64,000 bases of DNA. Origin: Acutalibacter sp. (GTDB taxonomy: Bacteria; Bacillota; Clostridia; Oscillospirales; Acutalibacteraceae). Positions 38,676-45,645 of the stretch are shown here, one piece after another (the first letter of the stretch is position 1; the number at the start of each line of letters is the position of its first letter). Where the stretch lies: positions 54,936-118,935 of the forward strand of contig JBMNVU010000003.1 of NCBI GenBank assembly GCA_050946975.1. The letters are read 5' to 3'. A program made the position numbers and the translations under genes. The notes beneath the pieces were generated by a model. The model was not told the origin of the DNA. It saw only the letters and a program-made list of their open reading frames with translations, and made no database searches.

Positions 38676-40088
38676 TTACGCTTTCTCCAGGGGGAAGCTG
38701 AAGAACTCTACCGCGTTGTTGTAGCAGATCCCCCTGACCATCTTCTCCAGGGCCTTCCAATCCGCAGGGTACTCGCCGTTCTCCACCCAGGAGCCTAACA
38801 GCTCACAGAGAATCCGGCGGAAATACTCATGACGGGGATAGGACAGGAAGCTCCGAGAATCGGTGAGCATGCCGATAAAGTTGCCCAGCAGACCCCCGTT
38901 GGCAAAGGCGGTCATCTGCTTGATCATGCCAGTCTTATGGTCATTGAACCACCAGGCAGCACCCTGCTGGATCCGCCCCAGAGGTGCGCCGTCCTGGAAG
39001 CAGCCGATCACAGAGTTGAGCCCCTCGTCATCGTTGGGATTCAGGCTGTAAAGCACCATGCGGGGCAGCGCGTCCTCGGAGGCCAGCAGGTTCAGGAATG
39101 CCGCCACCTCCAGAGAAGGCGTCCCCTGCAGTACGGCATCAAAGCCGGTATCCCGGCCCAGCTTCTCAAACATCTTGGTATTGTTGTTCCGGCGGCAGCC
39201 GTAATGCAGCTGCATCACCCAGCCCATCAGCTTGTACTCTCCAGCCACAAAGCGCAAAAATCCCGTCTGGAAGGCGGCCAACTCCTCCTCAGTGAGAGGC
39301 TCTCCCTCCATACGCTTTTGGAAGATTCGTTCCAGCTCCTCATCGGAAGCGGGCTGGCACACGGCCATGGTGATGCCATGGTCGCTGGCCCGGCAGCCCA
39401 TCTCGTTGAAGAAGGCCATCCGAACTTTAAGGGCATCTTTCAAATCGGCAAAGGTCTTAATCTCCATGCCGGCCGCCTTGCCCAGCCGCTCCAGGTATTG
39501 GGGATACTCGGGACGCTCCAGCCCCATGGCGCTGTCCGGACGCCAAGCGGGCAGCACCTTCACCGGGAAGCTCTCGTCCTCCTTCAAAAGCTTATGCCAC
39601 TCCAGGGTATCCGCCGGATCGTCGGTGGTGCACACCAGGGTGACACCGGAATTTTTCACCAGATTCCGGGCACTCATCTCCGGAGTTGCCAGCTTTGCAT
39701 TGCACAGGTTCCACACCTCTTCAGCGGTGTCTCCGTTGAGGACGCCGTCATAGCCAAAGTAGCGGCGCAGCTCCAAATGGCTCCAATGGTACAGCGGGTT
39801 GCCAATGGCCAACTCCAAGGTCTCGGCCCACTTTTGGAACTTCTCCCGGTCCGGTGCATCTCCGGTGATGTATCGCTCCTCTACACCGTTAGCTCTCATC
39901 AGACGCCACTTGTAGTGGTCGCCTCCCAGCCATACCTGGGTGATATTCTCAAACTGCCTGTCCTGGGCGATCTCTTTGGGATCAATATGGCAGTGATAGT
40001 CCAGGATGGGCATGGATTTTGCCGTCTCGTAGAGCTTGCGGGCGGTGGGGGTGGTCAAAAGAAAGTCTTCGTCAAGAAACGGTTTCAT
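38676..40088 (-). CDS. uxaC: glucuronate isomerase
   Basis: 470 aa from ATG at 40088 (AGGAGG RBS): MKPFLDEDFLLTTPTARKLY...ILDYHCHIDPKEI. Confidence 0.9.
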   Translation of the reverse strand: MKPFLDEDFLLTTPTARKLYETAKSMPILDYHCHIDPKEIAQDRQFENITQVWLGGDHYKWRLMRANGVEERYITGDAPDREKFQKWAETLELAIGNPLYHWSHLELRRYFGYDGVLNGDTAEEVWNLCNAKLATPEMSARNLVKNSGVTLVCTTDDPADTLEWHKLLKEDESFPVKVLPAWRPDSAMGLERPEYPQYLERLGKAAGMEIKTFADLKDALKVRMAFFNEMGCRASDHGITMAVCQPASDEELERIFQKRMEGEPLTEEELAAFQTGFLRFVAGEYKLMGWVMQLHYGCRRNNNTKMFEKLGRDTGFDAVLQGTPSLEVAAFLNLLASEDALPRMVLYSLNPNDDEGLNSVIGCFQDGAPLGRIQQGAAWWFNDHKTGMIKQMTAFANGGLLGNFIGMLTDSRSFLSYPRHEYFRRILCELLGSWVENGEYPADWKALEKMVRGICYNNAVEFFSFPLEKA

Positions 40089-40291
40089 ACTACAACATCC
40101 TCCTAAACTGAGTTTGGTTTCATTATAGTAGATGGGATCGGGCACGTCAACGCCTTGTAGTGCAATTTTCCCAGACCTTTTTTCAGCTGTACCTTATATT
40201 TTCTCCAGTTCTCTCTTGAAGGAAACCGGAAACCCACCAGCAGCCTGTCCCTTTCCGACTGGCAGCGGCATTTCCCGTTCCAGCGCTCTCA

Positions 40292-41212
40292 TTACTTCGA
40301 GCCCGAGGAACCACCCGAAGGCCCCTGACCCACCATCCGGTAAAAGGCTCCCTGGGGCAGAATGGCCGGTCCCCCCTCCCTGCCTGGCAGAACTACCTCC
40401 CCTAGGGCGGGGATGGCCACGTAGGCGGTGCGAGGGGTGACCTCCTTCCCCACCCGACCGCCGGCCCGGAGCACAGCGTCCCGATTTTCCGGGGTTGCCA
40501 GGCTTCCAGTGAGCACTACCTCCTTCCGGTAGAAAGGATGTCCGGGCACCCCGGGGTATCTGGGAGCTGGGGGCTTGCGCTTCTTCTCAAAAGAGCGGAC
40601 AAACTCCTCCTCGGTGCCGCGACTCAAGGCCAGGGCCCTCAGCTTCTCATAGCAGCCATAGGTGATCCAGCAATCCTGCAGCGCCCGGTGGGCCCCTTCA
40701 TAGGGCACGTGAAGAGCTGCAGCCACGTCCCCCAGGCGGTGATGAGGCAGCTCCGGCAACAGTTTCCTGGCTATACGCAGGTGATCCAGCGAGTCGTTGC
40801 GCAAAGGATGGCCCAGGTACTTTTGGAAGGAATCATAGAGGAAGGCGGTATCAAATCCCACGTTATGCCCCAACAAGAGATCTTCTCCCAGAAACTCCTC
40901 CACCTGAGGCAAAGCATCCTCCGGAAGGGGGGCATCCTCCAGCATCTCGTCGGTGATCCCCGTCAGACCTTGGATAAAGTCGTCCACATAGCCCTCAGTC
41001 CACTCGCCGTTCTTCTGAACCTCCCGCCACGGGGGCCGCAGCAGGGTGGAGAATTCCTCTTGCACCTGCCCCTCCCGCACCCGCAGAGCGGATACCTCGA
41101 TCAAACTGCAGCTTTCACTGGAGAGCCCTGTGGTCTCCGTGTCCACCACCGTGTAGTCCCGGGGCAGGCACATGCGGCTCTCCCCTTTTCCAGGGCGGTC
41201 CACTTTCGGCAT
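40292..41212 (-). CDS. DEDD-family 3'-5' exonuclease (DnaQ/epsilon-like) with C-terminal BRCT-like segment
   Basis: 306 aa from ATG at 41212. Exo I VVDTETTGL, Exo II LLGHNVGFDTAFL, Exo III-like HRALQDC. C-terminal EVVLTGSL...RDAVLRAGGRVGKEVTPRTAYV resembles BRCT. Confidence 0.75.
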   Translation of the reverse strand: MPKVDRPGKGESRMCLPRDYTVVDTETTGLSSESCSLIEVSALRVREGQVQEEFSTLLRPPWREVQKNGEWTEGYVDDFIQGLTGITDEMLEDAPLPEDALPQVEEFLGEDLLLGHNVGFDTAFLYDSFQKYLGHPLRNDSLDHLRIARKLLPELPHHRLGDVAAALHVPYEGAHRALQDCWITYGCYEKLRALALSRGTEEEFVRSFEKKRKPPAPRYPGVPGHPFYRKEVVLTGSLATPENRDAVLRAGGRVGKEVTPRTAYVAIPALGEVVLPGREGGPAILPQGAFYRMVGQGPSGGSSGSK

Positions 41213-41274
41213 ATTCCCCCTCCTCTCCTGTTTTGGTACTATTTTACCCCCTTCCTTTCCAAGACGCAAGGCAC

Positions 41275-41302
41275 AAAAAAGCGCCCACCTTCCCGCGGAC
41301 GC
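41275..41302 (-). terminator. intrinsic terminator closing the DUF2325-DUF3793-HMA operon
   Basis: Minus strand: GCGTCCGC-gggaag-GTGGGCGC followed by TTTTTTG. Confidence 0.65.
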
Positions 41303-41342
41303 TCCTGACCATGCATATCGGTTTCTTTCGGGTCCGGTGAGC

Positions 41343-41714
41343 TCATCGGACCTCCACCGCTCGGTAGCCCAAGCTGCGAATCACTTGTTTTAACTCCCCC
41401 GGGGAGGTGGGGTGCTTGGTGAGCACCAATGCGCACCGCTTTTTTAAATCCACCTTAGCGTAAAATCCCTCCTGGGTGTTGAAAGCATTTTCAATCCGCC
41501 TGGCACAGTTTTGACAGTGCATCCCCTCGATCACAACTGTCTTGGCATAGGGGTAATGAGTCCGGTCCCGGTCAGCAGGGCGAACCCTGTTCACCTGGTC
41601 CCCCTCAGAGCCACAGCATCCCGTCTTCAGCTTTCTCAGGTAGGTCCGCACTCCCAACACAAGTATCACGGTTAACACTGCGCACAGAATCCCTGTGGAT
41701 ATGATTCCTTCCAT
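41343..41714 (-). CDS. membrane-anchored Cys-rich protein with heavy-metal-associated (HMA) domain
   Basis: 123 aa. N-terminal TM helix followed by RKLKTGCCGS, as in FeoB-associated Cys-rich membrane proteins. An HMA fold follows, with EGMHCQNCARRIE. Confidence 0.75.
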   Translation of the reverse strand: MEGIISTGILCAVLTVILVLGVRTYLRKLKTGCCGSEGDQVNRVRPADRDRTHYPYAKTVVIEGMHCQNCARRIENAFNTQEGFYAKVDLKKRCALVLTKHPTSPGELKQVIRSLGYRAVEVR

Positions 41715-41753
41715 ATGTAAACTCCTCTTTATAGTGAACCCTAGCAGAAAACC

Positions 41754-42311
41754 TTACGCTGCCACTGTCATCTGCCGGACGGTCCGCCCCTGGCTGTACA
41801 GCTTGGCGTATATTCTCCGGCACTTATCGAGCTTTGCAAACCGCTTGCGGGCTTCCAGCTCATTGCTGTAGACCTTCCAACAACCGGAGCACTTACAGTT
41901 CTTCCCCCCATGGCGGATAAAGCCCACCACATCTTCCAGGGGATAACCCAAAAAAAGACCCACCTCATGGGGGAATCCGGTGCTTTCCTCCAGACGCTGC
42001 CGAAGTCGCTCCACCACCTCCTCCACAGAAGAAGCCCTATACCCATACTGGGTGAGAAACCCCAATACCCCCGGGCGGTGTAAATCCCGTTGGAGCTGAG
42101 CCGGACGGTACAGATACAACAATACCCGCTCCCCCTGACGCCGCAGCATCCGAAGGGTGAGGCCCTTCCCCCGGAGAAACCGGTCCCATTGGTCCACCTG
42201 GGCCTGCCAATCCCCTTGGGCTGGCACGCAAAACAGACTGGCGGTTTTTAATCCCGCCAAGGTGGGAGCTCCATGCTCGATGAGACTGCGCTCCAGCGCC
42301 CCGCCTTTCAT
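41754..42311 (-). CDS. DUF3793 family protein
   Basis: 185 aa from ATG at 42311: MKGGALERSLIEHGAPTLAGLKTASLF...FPHEVGLFLGYPLEDVVGFIRHGGKNCKCSGCWKVYSNELEARKRFAKLDKC. The start overlaps the upstream stop (ATGA). Confidence 0.75.
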   Translation of the reverse strand: MKGGALERSLIEHGAPTLAGLKTASLFCVPAQGDWQAQVDQWDRFLRGKGLTLRMLRRQGERVLLYLYRPAQLQRDLHRPGVLGFLTQYGYRASSVEEVVERLRQRLEESTGFPHEVGLFLGYPLEDVVGFIRHGGKNCKCSGCWKVYSNELEARKRFAKLDKCRRIYAKLYSQGRTVRQMTVAA

Positions 42312-42595
42312 ATGGCTGGCGCCCATTCTGTCAAGGCTGCTCGGAGAGCTGTAGCGCTGCTGGTGTGGACCCGAGCCACGGGCACTTGGTTCTTCTTGGC
42401 CTCCTGTGTGACACTGATCACCATCTTGTGGGATACTGTGCTGATAAACAGAATCAGCAGGTCCGGGCATCCCAGCTTCCGCTTCAGAGAGCCGCTCTCC
42501 TTTGTAAACACTTTGGCCTTCCAACCGTGCTCTCGACAGATGTCCTCATACTGCCCAGCCATCCGCTCGTTTCCTCCAACAATTACCACGCTCAT
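42308..42595 (-). CDS. DUF2325 domain-containing protein
   Basis: 95 aa from ATG at 42595 (AGGAGG RBS): MSVVIVGGNERMAGQYEDICREHGWKAKVFTKESGSLKRKLGCPDLLILFISTVSHKMV... Confidence 0.75.
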   Translation of the reverse strand: MSVVIVGGNERMAGQYEDICREHGWKAKVFTKESGSLKRKLGCPDLLILFISTVSHKMVISVTQEAKKNQVPVARVHTSSATALRAALTEWAPAI

Positions 42596-42682
42596 GGGAT
42601 CCTCCTGTTCGATAAAGGTGTTTTGCGGCACTTTCCCCTCCCCGGTTCGGGAAGAGTGTGCGGTCTCAGATCGCCCAATAGG

Positions 42683-42700
42683 TTAGATAAAGCTAACTAA
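42683..42700. promoter_or_regulatory. operator-like box 1 (TTAGATAAAGCTAACTAA) in the leader of the DUF2325 operon
   Basis: 15/18 identical to box 2, which lies 63 bp away. Outer arms TTAG/CTAA. Resembles the DtxR/IdeR consensus TTAGGTTAGCCTAACCTAA. Confidence 0.45.
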
Positions 42701-42745
42701 CAGCCCAGAAAAAAGCACCGACCGGTGCCAAAAAGCCGCAAGCAA

Positions 42746-42763
42746 TTAGTTTAAGCTAACTAC
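42746..42763. promoter_or_regulatory. operator-like box 2 (TTAGTTTAAGCTAACTAC), just downstream of the predicted -10
   Basis: Arms TAGTT/AACTA. Its first 8 nt (TTAGTTTA) recur at 42766-42773, overlapping the -10 hexamer. Confidence 0.45.
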
Positions 42764-42767
42764 CCTT

Positions 42768-42796
42768 AGTTTATCCGATTTTCTCTATTTCGTCAA
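42768..42796 (-). promoter_or_regulatory. sigma-70-like promoter of the DUF2325-DUF3793-HMA operon
   Basis: Minus strand: TTGACG - 17 nt - TAAACT. Confidence 0.5.
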
Positions 42797-42919
42797 GAGG
42801 GATTGGGAAAAAACTTTCCGGCAAGGTGGAGTTTTCGGGTTGTATCCTTTTGGCGAAATATGGTATACTAATCGTGACCTCAAAACGAGGAATTACCAAA
42901 AGAAATGGAGGCTTTTTTC

Positions 42920-43174
42920 ATGAATTGCTATTATATCATCGGCCTGCGTGTGGACCACCGCCACGCCAACGCCCTGAATCTTCAAAAAACGCTCACGGAG
43001 TTCGGCTGCAACATCAAGCTGCGGGTGGGCCTCCATGAGACCAGCGAGGAGTTCTGCTCTGATGACGGCGTCATTATGCTCCAAGCCTGCGGCGACAAGG
43101 CCACCATCGACAAAATGGTGGAGTCCTTCAACGCTCTGGAAGGCGTCAGCGCCAAGCTGCTGGACTTGAACTAA
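42920..43174 (+). CDS. small ACT-fold protein resembling the TM1266 family (putative Fe-only hydrogenase system regulator / NikR-C-like)
   Basis: 84 aa from ATG at 42920 (GGAGG 8 nt upstream): MNCYYIIGLRVDHRHANALNLQKTLTEFGCNIKLRVGLHE...VIMLQACGDKATIDKMVESFNALEGVSAKLL. It parallels the TM1266 pattern YILTIVVEDRE...LLRVGYP...IIFLVL...ALSGKLGQISGVRVKT (recalled from memory). Confidence 0.45.
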   Translation: MNCYYIIGLRVDHRHANALNLQKTLTEFGCNIKLRVGLHETSEEFCSDDGVIMLQACGDKATIDKMVESFNALEGVSAKLLDLN

Positions 43175-43268
43175 GGGGGCATGTCCCCTGCCCCGGTTTC
43201 GCGACGGCCCTCCCCCATGGGGCGGCGCCGGTCTGCGGCCGGGGCAATTTTTTTGGAAAGGATTGCAT

Positions 43269-43985
43269 ATGGACACGCCATTTTCCCAAAAGACGCTGGA
43301 TTTTCTCTTCGAAAACCGGCTCAACGACAGCCGGGAATGGTTCTCCGATCACAAAAAGGAGTATCAATCCCTGGTGATTCAGCCGCTGCGTCAGCTGGTG
43401 ATGGACCTCTCTCCCACCATGCTGGAACTGGACCAGGAGTTCACCACCGAACCCAAGGTGGACAAAACCATCTGCCGCATCTGGAGGGACACCCGCTACA
43501 CAAAGGATCCCTCCCTCTATCGGGATCACATGTGGATCATCTTCAAGCGAGGCGGACGGATGCACGGCACCGACTACCCCGGCATGTACTTTGAGATCAA
43601 CCTGGACGGGTTTGCCTACGGCTGCGGATTCTACCACGCCTCCACCGCCTTTATGAACAACATGAGAACCAGGATTCTCCAAGGGGACGAGGAATTCCAG
43701 GCTGCCCAGGAGGCATTTCTAGCTCAAAAGGTGTTTCGCATGGAGGGGGACTGCTTCAAGCGGCCTCGCTACAGCGCTCGGACGCCTGAAGAACAAATTT
43801 GGCTGGAGCGGCGCAATCTGAGCTTTGACGCAGTAAGCCACGACTTTGCCCAGCTGTTCTCCACGGACCTGCCGGAGCTGCTCCAGCGTGACCTGAAGCT
43901 GCTGTTCCCTGTGTACCGGTTCCTGGTCTCCACTGCGGAGGAGACTTTGCGCCAGGAAACAGAACGGGAACTGTGGCAGCGGTAA
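43269..43985 (+). CDS. DUF2461 (TIGR02453) family protein
   Basis: 238 aa from ATG at 43269: MDTPFSQKTLDFLFENRLNDSREWFSDHKKEYQSLVIQPL...RIWRDTRYTKDPSLYRDHMW. Confidence 0.75.
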   Translation: MDTPFSQKTLDFLFENRLNDSREWFSDHKKEYQSLVIQPLRQLVMDLSPTMLELDQEFTTEPKVDKTICRIWRDTRYTKDPSLYRDHMWIIFKRGGRMHGTDYPGMYFEINLDGFAYGCGFYHASTAFMNNMRTRILQGDEEFQAAQEAFLAQKVFRMEGDCFKRPRYSARTPEEQIWLERRNLSFDAVSHDFAQLFSTDLPELLQRDLKLLFPVYRFLVSTAEETLRQETERELWQR

Positions 43986-44004
43986 TACACACAATTGAAC
44001 ACGC

Positions 44005-44040
44005 AAAAGGGACTGCTGTATTTTGCAGCAGTCCCTTTTC
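44005..44040. terminator. bidirectional intrinsic terminator between the DUF2461 gene and the oxidoreductase gene
   Basis: AAAGGGACTGCTG-tattttg-CAGCAGTCCCTTTT. Confidence 0.85.
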
Positions 44041-44179
44041 TATGTTGATTATGATTTACCCCTTTTCTGGAGAGATATTCGCCAGGCCGACACCCTCAAT
44101 TACTGCTTCCTCCCCAGGATCACCGAAACAATGGACGGGATTTCTGAGGCGGCGCTGCTGGTTTCCGGCAAGGCAGTCC

Positions 44180-45463
44180 TCAACCCTTTTTAAAGGTCTC
44201 CAGATCCACCACTTCGCCGCCATGCAGCCGGCTTTCCTCCGCCGCCAAGGCAATGAAGTGGCTCTCCATGCTGTGCTCCAACGTTGTGGTGCGCTCATTG
44301 GGCTGGGCGTCGCTCAGGAGCATGTCCAGGAAATCCTGGACAATGCCGCTGTCACCGCCGCCATGTCCCTTTAGATCCGAGGCGATCTTGCCCACGTCAA
44401 TGATCTCCTCTTCCTTGCCAAATTCCCGCACATGGATGATATTGGACAGCATATCCGCCTCAATCTCACCTTTAGTGCCCATGGCTTTGAAATAGCGGTA
44501 GCAGCTTTCCGTAAAGGCGCACATGGTGAAGCTGATGGTGCTGCCATCTTCCATGAGCAGATTGGTCTGCTGATGGTCCACCACGTCGTTGTCACAGTGA
44601 TAGACGCACCGCCCATAGGGGCCTTCCCGCAAAGCCTGATAGGTGCTCTCCAGAGTGTTCTCTACACTGAGCACACTGCTGATCCAGCTATTGCCGTGAG
44701 CCTGTCCTGTCTTGGGGCTGGTGATGTAGATTTTCTCCGCGTCAAAGATACAGTGCTCCTTGGCCTTGCAGCCGTCCAGGCAGCGAAGAGCTGCCCCCTC
44801 GGGAGCACACTCCGGCCGGAACAAGTAGGTGCCGCCCACTGAGGAGACGGACTTGCACTTCTTGCCCAACAGCCAGGTGAGGATGTCCATGTCGTGGCAG
44901 GATTTCTGCAGAATCATGGGGCTGGTCTCCTTGGAATTGCGCCAGTTGCCCCGTACAAAGGAGTGGGCTTGATGCCAATAGCCCACATTCTCGTTGGCAC
45001 AGATGGTGACCACATCTCCGATGCGTCCGCTGTCTATGATCTCCTTGAGCTTGTTGTAAAAGGCGGTATAGCGCAGCACGTGGCAGACAATGATCTTTCC
45101 AGGACATTCCGACGCCACCTGGAGGATCTCCCGACACTTGTCCAGCTCCGGGGAGATGGGCTTTTCCATCAGGATGTTATACCCCTTCTTCAGGGCGGGA
45201 ATGGCATGGCCCACATGCTGCCGGTCCATGGTGGAGATCACCATCACATCCGCCAGCTTGGGCTGAGCCAGCATCTCCTCCGCGCTGGAAAAACAGTTCT
45301 CCTGGGGAATATCGTAAAGCCGGCGGGCCTTTTCCACCTTGGCAGGGATCAGATCCGCTACGGCCACAACTTTCATCTTATCCGGGAACAGCTTTTGCAT
45401 GGAGGCATAGGTGCTGCCACGGTCTCCGAAACCGGCTATGGCAAAAGTGACAGGTGCTTTCAT
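44180..45463 (-). CDS. Gfo/Idh/MocA-family NAD(P)-dependent oxidoreductase
   Basis: 427 aa from ATG at 45463 (AAAGGAAG RBS). N-terminal Rossmann fold VTFAIAGFGDRGSTYA...VVAVADL and EKP motif (ILMEKPISP). Confidence 0.85.
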   Translation of the reverse strand: MKAPVTFAIAGFGDRGSTYASMQKLFPDKMKVVAVADLIPAKVEKARRLYDIPQENCFSSAEEMLAQPKLADVMVISTMDRQHVGHAIPALKKGYNILMEKPISPELDKCREILQVASECPGKIIVCHVLRYTAFYNKLKEIIDSGRIGDVVTICANENVGYWHQAHSFVRGNWRNSKETSPMILQKSCHDMDILTWLLGKKCKSVSSVGGTYLFRPECAPEGAALRCLDGCKAKEHCIFDAEKIYITSPKTGQAHGNSWISSVLSVENTLESTYQALREGPYGRCVYHCDNDVVDHQQTNLLMEDGSTISFTMCAFTESCYRYFKAMGTKGEIEADMLSNIIHVREFGKEEEIIDVGKIASDLKGHGGGDSGIVQDFLDMLLSDAQPNERTTTLEHSMESHFIALAAEESRLHGGEVVDLETFKKG

Positions 45464-45645
45464 CGATTCATCTTCCTTTCTGCATAATCTCAGTTCTTCA
45501 CTGCCTATTATGAAAGAAATGGGCGGGAAAAGCAAGCCCTCCCGCCCTGAAATTAGATTATCTTTTTTCAGCCTTCAAGGGGATGTTTCACCCTGTCGGT
45601 TTCATCCAGCTCCGCCCATCACAAACAGGACGGCAATTGGAGAAA

